From assembly GCA_963765675.1 (NCBI GenBank), contig CAVXXK010000001.1, positions 27,485 to 91,484 on the forward strand: a stretch of DNA of 64,000 nucleotides. Reading direction: 5' to 3'. The DNA comes from an uncultured delta proteobacterium (lineage in GTDB: Bacteria > Desulfobacterota > Binatia > Binatales > Binataceae). This document shows, piece after piece, positions 8,755 to 16,503 of the stretch (its first letter is position 1; each line of letters starts with the position of its first letter). Under the pieces are notes generated by a model. The model saw nothing but the letters and a program-made list of their open reading frames with translations, was not told where the DNA came from and searched no databases. A program made the position numbers and the translations under genes.

Positions 8755-9483
8755 CTAATTGCCGCCGGGAGGCTCGTCGGGCGGCTGGTCCGAGGTACCC
8801 GGACTGTCAGGCGAGCTTTCGTCGGGTGTGACTTCTTCCGGGACGATTACCGGCTCGGTGAAATCGGCCGCCAGGTTGCAGCACATCACGTAACTCGAAC
8901 CCGCGCGCGGCTGAGCGGCGTAGGCCTCGAGCGATCCATCGGCAAGGACCTTTACCGCCTGGTAGCTGGTCGAACCCGACGCGCGTTCGATCGTGAAGAC
9001 ATAGAATGAGCCGCGGTCGAGTGGTTCCGGCGGCCCTTCGTCCGGAATCATCTGCTGGTAGTGCGAGGGGAGTTTTCCGTACTCGAGGTTCTTCGGCGCG
9101 TAGTCTGCCTTTCCGAATGCAGAAATCTCCTCGGTGATGCCGCGGTCAGATTTTATATCCCAGATGGGCACACCGCCGTCGAAGCGGACCACCGAGGCGA
9201 CCTTGCCGCCGCTTCCCGCCGCGTTCGCGATAATCTCGGCGCCGAAGAATTTCGTCACCGTCGCGCGCACAAGCGTGTCGCCGCTCTTGTGATAGGTGAT
9301 TTCGACGGTGGCCTTCGGCGGCGGCATCGGCTCGCCCGGTCCGGCGTCGGCGGTGTCGTCGGTGTCGTCGTTGTTGGTTGTCGAGCAGCCCGCGACCATG
9401 AGCGCAACCATCAGAATGGCGGCGATCGCGCTGGCCCATAGGCGCCGTCGTGCACTGGCGCGCAGTTCATTATGCATCAGCAT
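8755..9483 (-). CDS. Putative lipoprotein of unknown function
   Basis: N-terminus MLMHNELRASARRRLWASAIAAILMVALMVAGCSTT has a positively charged n-region, an h-region and a lipobox (L-M-V-A-G-C). No recognisable domain. Confidence 0.5.
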   Translation of the reverse strand: MLMHNELRASARRRLWASAIAAILMVALMVAGCSTTNNDDTDDTADAGPGEPMPPPKATVEITYHKSGDTLVRATVTKFFGAEIIANAAGSGGKVASVVRFDGGVPIWDIKSDRGITEEISAFGKADYAPKNLEYGKLPSHYQQMIPDEGPPEPLDRGSFYVFTIERASGSTSYQAVKVLADGSLEAYAAQPRAGSSYVMCCNLAADFTEPVIVPEEVTPDESSPDSPGTSDQPPDEPPGGN

Positions 9484-9509
9484 ACCGATCGGCTAGTCTC
9501 TGCGGCCGG

Positions 9510-10886
9510 GTGGACATCGGGGATAAAAGCGAAAAGATCGGGCTCCGGCCTCTTCTAATCTACGCACAGGGACAGACCGGCCTCAACCTGTGCGCGACGC
9601 TTTCCGCGATGCATCTGCTGTATTTCTACAGCGATCGGCGCGGATTGTCGCCGGCGCTGGCCGGACTCGCATTTTTTATCGCGCTGGTGCTCGACGCTCT
9701 GACCGACCCGCTGGTCGGCAATATTTCGGACAGTGCGCGCTTCAAGTCGGGACGCCGGCGGCCGTTTTTTCTGACCGCGATCCCGATGGGTATCTGCTAC
9801 TACCTGCTGCTCTCGCCGCCGGCGTTGAACAAGGGACTGTTCGCGTGGTTCCTGGTTTTCTACTTCCTGCAACTGACCTCGCGGAAGTTTTACGAGACCG
9901 CGTACGGCGCGCTGATGCCCGAGTTGACGCTCGACTACGACGAGCGCACCCGCCTTTCTACCTATCGGCAACTGTTCGGTACGGCGGGCGATATCAGCGG
10001 AGCGCTGCTGCCGTTCGCCGCCGCCTGGATTTTCGCGAAGGGACTCGATTTCCAGATCACCGGCGGCGTCTGCGCGGTGATCGTCGCGGGCGGTGCTCTG
10101 TTCGCCTACGTCAATCTGCGCGAGCGACCGGGCTTCGCCGACCGCGAACGCTTCAACCTGCGCGAGTCGATGAAGAGCGCGCTCGCGAACCGCCCGTTTA
10201 TCATCCTGATGCTCGCGACCACGCTCGCGATCATGGCGATCAATATCCCGACCGTCCTGATCCGCTTCCTGGCGAAGTATTGGGTGCATGACGAAAACGC
10301 GGCCGCACGGTGGCTTATCGCGTACTTCGCGGGCTCGATGGTTTCGTATCCGTTCTGGTTTCGGATCACGGTGCGGTTCGAGAAAAAGCCCGCGTACGTC
10401 GTCGCGATGCTCGCCAATGCGAGTTGCTCGCTGATGTTCATGCTGCTCACTCCGCGCAACACGCTGTGGATGCTGGTGCTGATGGTGCTCAGCGGATTTT
10501 CCGCGATCGGAATCTGGGTGACGCAGATGTCCGCCGCCGCCGACGTGATCGAATGGGACGAAGAGCGGACCGGACGCCGGCAGGAAGGCGCGTACGGCGG
10601 AATCACCTCGATGGGAATAAAAATCGCGACCGCGCTCTCACTGGTCCTGGTCGGTCCGGTGATGGGATGGATCGGCTACCGGCCCGGGATGGCCGAGCTG
10701 CCGCGCGCGGCGGCCGAAAATCTGCGCACGCTGTTCGCGGTCGCGCCGGCGATAATTTATGTGCTGAGCGCGATCGTGTTTGCGCGCTATCCAATCACCC
10801 GCGCCAGCCATCGCGCGATGCGCGATCGCCTGGCCGCCCGCGGCGCTCCCGGCGAAGAAGCACCCGCCGAAAAATCGATCGCGTGA
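9510..10886 (+). CDS. MFS transporter, glycoside-pentoside-hexuronide (GPH) cation symporter family (MelB-like)
   Basis: …SEKIGLRPLLIYAQGQTGLNLCATLSAMHLLYFYSDRRGLSPALAGLAFFIALVLDALTDPLVGNISD… matches the GPH N-terminal signature, with ~12 TM segments. The track ORF starts at the ATG at 9450, but that overlaps the divergent lipoprotein start. The GTG at 9510 is proposed instead, so the start is uncertain. Confidence 0.75.
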   Translation: MDIGDKSEKIGLRPLLIYAQGQTGLNLCATLSAMHLLYFYSDRRGLSPALAGLAFFIALVLDALTDPLVGNISDSARFKSGRRRPFFLTAIPMGICYYLLLSPPALNKGLFAWFLVFYFLQLTSRKFYETAYGALMPELTLDYDERTRLSTYRQLFGTAGDISGALLPFAAAWIFAKGLDFQITGGVCAVIVAGGALFAYVNLRERPGFADRERFNLRESMKSALANRPFIILMLATTLAIMAINIPTVLIRFLAKYWVHDENAAARWLIAYFAGSMVSYPFWFRITVRFEKKPAYVVAMLANASCSLMFMLLTPRNTLWMLVLMVLSGFSAIGIWVTQMSAAADVIEWDEERTGRRQEGAYGGITSMGIKIATALSLVLVGPVMGWIGYRPGMAELPRAAAENLRTLFAVAPAIIYVLSAIVFARYPITRASHRAMRDRLAARGAPGEEAPAEKSIA

Positions 10887-10975
10887 AAGGTCTGCTTGAG
10901 CCTGTTCGCCAGCGGCGGTAAACAACGTCAATCCGCCAGCACATGAGCCCGCACAAACGCAGGCACCGCCCTACT
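10807..10975 (+). repeat. Direct repeat DR1 (3' end of the MFS gene plus ~90 bp downstream), left boundary of the Rhs island
   Basis: CCATCGCGCGATGCGCGATCGCCTGGCCGC…GGCGAAGAAGCACCCGCCGAAAAATCGATCGCGTGA…CGGCGGTAAACAACGTCAATCCG… recurs at 15153-15320 at ~85% identity. That second copy includes a remnant encoding …GHRAMRDRLAARGAPGEEASAEKSIA*. Confidence 0.85.
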
Positions 10976-10989
10976 GCGCCAACGGCAAC

Positions 10990-12549
10990 GTGACCACCTA
11001 CACTTACGATCCGATGGATCGCCGCGCATCAAGGACCGATGCGCTGGGCGCCGTGGAGAGCTACGCCTACGACGGAATGAGTAACCTTACCAGCCACACG
11101 GATCGCAATGGGAACGTAACCAGCTACAGCTACGACGGGCTGAACCGCAGGACGTTTGCGGGTTTTGGATACAACGGCAGCGGGTATCAGAGCACGATTA
11201 ACTATACGTGGGACGGGGGCGACCGCCTGACGCAGGTGGTGGATTCAATTGCGGGAACCATCTCGCGGACTTACGACGGGCTCGACGACCTGACCGACGA
11301 GCAGACGCCGACGGGCGAGGTCAGCTACGCGTATGACAACGCGAGGAGGCGGACGTCGATGACGGTGGTGGGGCAGCCTGCGGCGGCCTCCTACGCGTGG
11401 GACAACGCCAACCGATTGACCGGAATTACCCAGGGGAGCGCGTCGGTTGCGTTCAATTATGACAGCGCGAGCCGAAGGACTACGCTGACGCTGCCCAACG
11501 GGATCGAGGTGGGGTATAGTTACGACAACAACTCGCGGATAAGCGGGATGACCTGGACGTTGGCCGGCAACCAGATCGGAGACCTCGAGTACGATTACGA
11601 TGCGGATGGGCGCGTGGTCGAGAAGACGGGGAGCCTCGCGCAGACCAACCTGCCGCAGCCGGTGACCGGAAATACCTTCAATGCCGATAACGAGATGACG
11701 GCGTTCAACGGCACTCCGATGACTTACGACGCAAACGGCAACCTGCTCAACGATGGGAGCAACGCCTACGCTTGGGATGCGCGCAATCATCTGAGCGCGA
11801 TCAGCGGTGCGAATGCAGCCAGTTTCGTCTATGACCCGTTGGGGCGGCGGATCAGCAAGACTATCGGGAGTACGACGACGAGCTTCCTGTACGATGGGCT
11901 CAACCCAGTACAGGAACTTCAATCGGGCGCGCCGAGCGCGAACATGCTGACGGGGCTCGGGATCGACGAATACTTCCAGCGCAGCGATGCCTCGGGTGCG
12001 AGCAGCTACCTGACAGATGCGCTGGGCAGCACGCTGGCGCTCGCAAACCCGGCGGGCGGCTTAGCGACCAGCTATACGTATGATCCGTTTGGGACCACTG
12101 CGGTGTCGGGTTCGGGTACAAATCCCTTCCAGTTCACCGGCCGAGAAAATGACCTCAACGGTCTTTATTATTTGCGTGCCCGTTACTACAACCCAGCGTT
12201 GCAGCGATTCCTGAGTCAGGATCCCATAGGAGTCCGAGGCGGGATGAATCTTTATGGCTATGTCGGAAATAACCCTGTAAACTCTTTCGATTTGTTGGGA
12301 TTGGGCGGTACACCCTCGACGACGCCCACGCCGACCAGTTGTCCAACGCCGATTCCCGTGGATCCAACCCAGGCACCAACAACATGCCAAAAGCACCTAG
12401 CCTGTGAAATAGGATGGGAGGGCACATGTGACCAGTGCAACGAATTCGAGAATCCCCAGCCGGTATTTGTTTGTCACGTTGGCTGTGTCATTACAGGGGC
12501 GGTAGTATGCGAGATTGAGTTTCCCTGCAGCCTCCGGGGTAATGACTGA
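10990..12549 (+). CDS. Rhs/YD-repeat protein fragment (5'-truncated): YD repeats, RHS core end (…DPxGL) and an ~80-aa Pro/Thr-linker plus Cys-rich C-terminal tip
   Basis: Repeated YDxxGR/NxxSYxYD motifs and the core signature …GLYYLRARYYNPALQRFLSQDPIGVRGGMNLYGYVGNNPVNSFDLLGL. The C-terminal tip reads GGTPSTTPTPTSCPTPIPVDPTQAPTTCQKHLACEIGWEGTCDQCNEFENPQPVFVCHVGCVITGAVVCEIEFPCSLRGND. The reading frame opens at 10900 inside DR1 and has no N-terminal Rhs region. The first in-frame start is the GTG at 10990. Confidence 0.85.
   Translation: MTTYTYDPMDRRASRTDALGAVESYAYDGMSNLTSHTDRNGNVTSYSYDGLNRRTFAGFGYNGSGYQSTINYTWDGGDRLTQVVDSIAGTISRTYDGLDDLTDEQTPTGEVSYAYDNARRRTSMTVVGQPAAASYAWDNANRLTGITQGSASVAFNYDSASRRTTLTLPNGIEVGYSYDNNSRISGMTWTLAGNQIGDLEYDYDADGRVVEKTGSLAQTNLPQPVTGNTFNADNEMTAFNGTPMTYDANGNLLNDGSNAYAWDARNHLSAISGANAASFVYDPLGRRISKTIGSTTTSFLYDGLNPVQELQSGAPSANMLTGLGIDEYFQRSDASGASSYLTDALGSTLALANPAGGLATSYTYDPFGTTAVSGSGTNPFQFTGRENDLNGLYYLRARYYNPALQRFLSQDPIGVRGGMNLYGYVGNNPVNSFDLLGLGGTPSTTPTPTSCPTPIPVDPTQAPTTCQKHLACEIGWEGTCDQCNEFENPQPVFVCHVGCVITGAVVCEIEFPCSLRGND
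11150..12075 (+). repeat. Internal direct repeat (Rhs core-encoding segment), copy 1
   Basis: ~925 bp at ~90% identity to 13603-14525. Similarity ends at …GCGACCAGCTA (protein …LATSY). Confidence 0.8.
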
Positions 12550-12734
12550 TTGAGTATAGGCTCCTACCAGCAGACGCTATCCATGGCTATCACACGAAAG
12601 CAGTATTACTAAGAGGTGGCTTGCCGTTTCCCATAGATGGGCACGAGTGATTAGCAACTATCAAGTGCTAAGTTGTTTATGAGAATAGATCTCGTAAGTA
12701 TTAGTGGTTGTAAACGTAGCTTATAGGCATTGAA

Positions 12735-13151
12735 ATGCGGGGTGAGAAGAAATATGTCGGCAAGCATGTAGCACTTTTCATTGGTGTAGTGTACGCGATT
12801 ATCTGGTATCGAATTCCATATATAGCGGCTGGAGAAGGCTGGCTTAGTGTCTACTTGCCAGCCATTTCTCTGCTATTTGCGGTAATGCTCGTGCTCACGC
12901 TCTATTCCGATGACACGCCATGGTTGAATCTGACATACTTTTTCCCGGGCGTGATCATCGGCGTATCTATCGATACTCTAGTGTTCCACAGCAAGGCCTC
13001 GAGAATTGCGTGGCTATTCGAATCCCTAAGCCTTTGCGTGTTTCTAGCACCGATCGCTGTTTTGGCGACAGCGCTTGGTCGCTGGATTAGCAGGAGACGG
13101 AAAAGGCCTGGCAATGAAATTCCTGTTCATGATGAAAGCGAGACTCCATGA
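12735..13151 (+). CDS. Small multi-pass membrane protein in a low-GC segment; candidate Rhs immunity protein 1
   Basis: 138 aa, 3-4 hydrophobic helices. The GC content is markedly lower than the genome. It lies immediately downstream of the Rhs tip. No recognisable domain. Confidence 0.4.
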   Translation: MRGEKKYVGKHVALFIGVVYAIIWYRIPYIAAGEGWLSVYLPAISLLFAVMLVLTLYSDDTPWLNLTYFFPGVIIGVSIDTLVFHSKASRIAWLFESLSLCVFLAPIAVLATALGRWISRRRKRPGNEIPVHDESETP

Positions 13152-13602
13152 GATCGGCGGGGGAACGGAGTGATCATCCTCCAGTGCGTTGACAAAGCAA
13201 GCGAGAAGGTTCGACCGGTGCGCGTACGCGACTGGCGATCACACTATACGTTAGAAGCCTAGGGCGGACGGTGAACGGTTACGATCTCGTCGAGATGTTC
13301 TCTGAGGTTGGTAAAGTCCTGAGTTCGCAGATCATCTATGACCGCAAGACGAATCGTTCGCGGGGATTTGGCTTTCTCTTCGCGATCCGTTTTCTCGCGG
13401 CGTTTTCTCTGGTTGCTCTCGTGAGACCCAGCGATATCATTCGAAGTTGGAGATACCGTCCAGGCGATCCGCTCTGAGAAGGAACTCGTAGCAGTCGTGG
13501 TGCGCTCGAGAAGCACCCTGGCTAGCGAAACATGTTCCGGCGAATAATGCTAGGGTTCGACGGTCTTCCAGAACGGGTTAGAAAATATTCCTTACAAACT
13601 CA

Positions 13603-14525
13603 CAGTTGCATTCGGCTACAACGGGAGCGGCTATCAGAGCACGATCGGCTACACCTGGGACGGGGGTGACCGTCTGACGCAGGTGGTCGATTCAATTGCG
13701 GGAACGATCGCGCGGACCTATGACGGGCTCGACGACCTGACCGACGAGCAGACGCCGCCGGGCGAGGTCAGCTACGGGTATGACAACGCGAGGCGGCGGA
13801 CGTCGATGACTGTTGTGGGGCAACCTGCGGCGGCATCATACGCGTGGGACAACGCGAACCGGCTGACCGGAATTACCCAAGGGAGCGCTTCGGTTGCGTT
13901 CAATTATGACAGCGCGAGCCGAAGGACAACGCTGACGCTGCCCAACGGAATTGTGGTGGCGTATAGTTATGATAAAGATTCGCGGGTAAGCGCGATGACC
14001 TGGACGTTGGCTGGCAACCAGATTGGAGACCTCGAGTACGATTACGATCCGGACGGACGCGTGATCGAGAAGACGGGGAGCATGGCGGCGACCAATCTGC
14101 CGCAGCCGGTGACTGGAAACGCCTTCAATGCGGACAACGAGATGACGGCGTTCAACGGTACCGCGTTGAGCTACGATCCGAACGGCAACCTGCTCAACGA
14201 TGGGAGCAACACCTACGCCTGGGACACGCGCAATCATCTGAGCGCGATCACGGGCGCAAATACCGCGAGCTTCGTCTATGACCCGTTCGGGCGGCGGATG
14301 AGCAAGACGATTGGAGGAGCGGCGACGAGTTTCCTCTACGACGGCCTAAATCCCGTGCAAGAGCTTCAAGCTGGAACGCCGAGTGCAAACATGTTTACGG
14401 GACTGGGGATCGACGAATACTTTCAGCGTACCGACGCCTCGGGTGCGAGCAGTTATCTCACAGATGCGCTCGGCAGCACACTCGCATTGGCAAACTCGGC
14501 AGGCAGCCTCGCGACCAGCTACAAC
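13603..14525 (+). repeat. Internal direct repeat (Rhs core-encoding segment), copy 2
   Basis: See 11150-12075. Confidence 0.8.
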
Positions 14526-14672
14526 AAGGCCTTGGTTAGCTGTCTTGAAGGTTTGCGTGACGATCCGCACAACTGGCCTTTCCCGCCGGATCCAAGTGAC
14601 GATCCGGGAGACATTGGCGCACATGAGTATAGAGAAGGCGCAATCTATATATTCCAGCATGGGGTGTGGTGA
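13683..14672 (+). CDS. Second Rhs/YD-repeat fragment (truncated at both ends; no RHS core end; short divergent tail)
   Basis: The frame opens at ~13549 with no start until the ATG at 13683. Its protein is ~90% identical to residues ~60-360 of fragment 1 up to …LATSY. It then diverges into NKALVSCLEGLRDDPHNWPFPPDPSDDPGDIGAHEYREGAIYIFQHGVW*. This is probably a recombinational remnant (pseudogene-like). Confidence 0.7.
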   Translation: MVDSIAGTIARTYDGLDDLTDEQTPPGEVSYGYDNARRRTSMTVVGQPAAASYAWDNANRLTGITQGSASVAFNYDSASRRTTLTLPNGIVVAYSYDKDSRVSAMTWTLAGNQIGDLEYDYDPDGRVIEKTGSMAATNLPQPVTGNAFNADNEMTAFNGTALSYDPNGNLLNDGSNTYAWDTRNHLSAITGANTASFVYDPFGRRMSKTIGGAATSFLYDGLNPVQELQAGTPSANMFTGLGIDEYFQRTDASGASSYLTDALGSTLALANSAGSLATSYNKALVSCLEGLRDDPHNWPFPPDPSDDPGDIGAHEYREGAIYIFQHGVW

Positions 14673-14704
14673 TCTATCAATCGAACGGAAGGAGGGGGCT
14701 GACT

Positions 14705-15028
14705 GTGGGGGCCGCTGACGATAAGCAAATGTTAGTATTTAATGCGTTTCTAGCGGCGTTGGCGGCGCTATTGCCCTTTTGGTTTTATCATATTGGGTTA
14801 GAGTATTCGTTCCTCCAGAAGCTGCCCTACATGTTCAGAGGCTTGGCGTGGGATCCAATCGCCTTGAACGTTCTGCTATCAATTCCTTTCGTATTTCTAG
14901 CAATTCGCGCTCTCAGGTTGGCCGGCTCATTTCGGAGGAGCGTTCGTCTGCTAATTATAGCAGCTCGGGTTTGTGTGTTTCATTTACATTTTGCGAACAT
15001 TGTTCCTGTTGATAGTCTGGTCAATTAA
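14705..15028 (+). CDS. Small membrane protein, low GC; candidate immunity protein 2
   Basis: GGAGGG at 14690-14695, then GTG at 14705 (or ATG at 14729). …MLVFNAFLAALAALLPFWFYHIGLEYSFLQKLPYMFRGLAWDPIALNVLLSIPFVFLAIRALRLAG… is a hydrophobic AT-rich ORF immediately after Rhs fragment 2. Confidence 0.35.
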   Translation: MGAADDKQMLVFNAFLAALAALLPFWFYHIGLEYSFLQKLPYMFRGLAWDPIALNVLLSIPFVFLAIRALRLAGSFRRSVRLLIIAARVCVFHLHFANIVPVDSLVN

Positions 15029-15152
15029 TGGCTTCGCGCCCTAACGGCTGCATCGAAGTCGCGCCCGCAATATAAACACGCCGCCTCGAATGCGTGGTTG
15101 AGCGCGAGACCGAGCGTCCCGCTCACGATGCTGGCAGCGGAATAGGGTACGG

Positions 15153-15320
15153 CCATCGCGCGATGCGCGATCGGCTGGCCGCACGAGGCGCGCCCGGCGA
15201 AGAAGCATCCGCCGAAAAATCGATCGCGTGAGAGTCGGCTTGAGACTGTTCGCGAGCGGCGGTAAACAACATCAATCCGTTGGCACGTGAGCTCGCACCA
15301 GCGAAAGCAGCGCCATACTG
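15153..15320 (+). repeat. Direct repeat DR2 (degenerate copy of the MFS 3' end), right boundary of the Rhs island
   Basis: See DR1. It lies immediately upstream of the flavoenzyme gene start at 15329. Confidence 0.85.
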
Positions 15321-15328
15321 GACCTACA

Positions 15329-16471
15329 ATGCAATTCGACTCGATAGTGGTGGGCGTCGGCGGGATGGGCAGCGCAGCCGCCTATCATTTGGCGCACCGC
15401 GGACAACGCGTGCTTGGACTTGAGCGCTTCGACATCCCTAACGCGATGGGTTCCTCCCACGGCGTCACGCGCATCTTCCGGCTGCCGTACTACGAGGACC
15501 CGGCCTATGTCCCCCTGCTGCGCCGGGCGTTTCAGCTATGGCGCGAAATCGAGACTCGCGCGGGTGAGCCTCTTCTGTTCGTGACCGGCTCGATTGATTC
15601 CAGCCTGGAGGACGACGCGCTGTTTGCAGGCGCGCTTGCCTCCGCGCGCCAGCATAAGCTCCCGCACGAGGTGCTGACCGGCGCGGAAGTGAACCAACGT
15701 TTCCCAGGCTATCGTCTGCCGCCGCGTCATCGCGCGGTGTTTCAGCGCGACGGTGGGTTTGTTGCGAGCGAGCGTGCGATCGTCGCGCATGTGTGCGCCG
15801 CACAATCCGCCGGCGCCGAGATTCATGCGCGCGAGCGCGTGCTCGGCTGGGATGCCAGTAGCGGCGGGGTGCGAGTGACTACCGACAAGGGCCGCTATGA
15901 CTGCGCGCATCTGATTCTCGCCGCGGGCGCGTGGATGAGCGAGCTTGCCAGTCCGCTCGGACGCCTTGCGATTCCCGAGCGCCAGGTTCTCGCGTGGTTC
16001 CAGCCTCTTCGGACCGAGTTGTATCAGCCCGATCGGTTTCCAGTCTTCAATCTATCGGTCGAGGAAGGGCGTTTTTACGGATTGCCGATCTTCCAGGTCC
16101 CGGGATTCAAGGTGGGCCGCTACCATCACCGCGAGGAAACCTCCCCTGCTGACGAGATCCGGCGCGAGATCGACGCGGAAGACGAACGCATCCTGCGCCA
16201 GTTCACCGAACGCTATTTCCCCGCGGCCAGCGGCTCGACGATGGCACTGCGGACCTGCATTTTTACCAACACGCCTGACGAGCACTTTGTGCTCGATCGT
16301 CATCCGCAATTTCCGCAGGTGATCATCGCGTCGCCATGCTCGGGGCACGGGTATAAGTTCTGCAGCGTCATCGGCGAGATAATCGCCGACCTCGCAACTG
16401 GTGACGGAACCACGCGGCACGAGATCGGTTTCCTGAGATTGAATCGATTTACACGGGCCGCCAAAAGTTAG
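15329..16471 (+). CDS. FAD-dependent oxidoreductase, monomeric sarcosine oxidase / N-methyltryptophan oxidase (SolA/MTOX) family
   Basis: MQFDSIVVGVGGMGSAAAYHLA… is a GxGxxG dinucleotide fold. The C-terminal …SPCSGHGYKF… matches the covalent-FAD cysteine region of MSOX/MTOX. Confidence 0.8.
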   Translation: MQFDSIVVGVGGMGSAAAYHLAHRGQRVLGLERFDIPNAMGSSHGVTRIFRLPYYEDPAYVPLLRRAFQLWREIETRAGEPLLFVTGSIDSSLEDDALFAGALASARQHKLPHEVLTGAEVNQRFPGYRLPPRHRAVFQRDGGFVASERAIVAHVCAAQSAGAEIHARERVLGWDASSGGVRVTTDKGRYDCAHLILAAGAWMSELASPLGRLAIPERQVLAWFQPLRTELYQPDRFPVFNLSVEEGRFYGLPIFQVPGFKVGRYHHREETSPADEIRREIDAEDERILRQFTERYFPAASGSTMALRTCIFTNTPDEHFVLDRHPQFPQVIIASPCSGHGYKFCSVIGEIIADLATGDGTTRHEIGFLRLNRFTRAAKS

Positions 16472-16503
16472 CGATCGGCCGCCAGGCAACACCGAGTCAC
16501 AGC

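Larger units (their letters stand above)
10976..15152 (+). other. ~4.2 kb Rhs toxin/immunity-type island bounded by 169-bp direct repeats
   Basis: The content is Rhs fragment 1, a membrane ORF, an RRM-like remnant, Rhs fragment 2 and a second membrane ORF. It includes AT-rich stretches (12550-13650, 14660-15060) and sits between DR1 and DR2. Confidence 0.7.
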
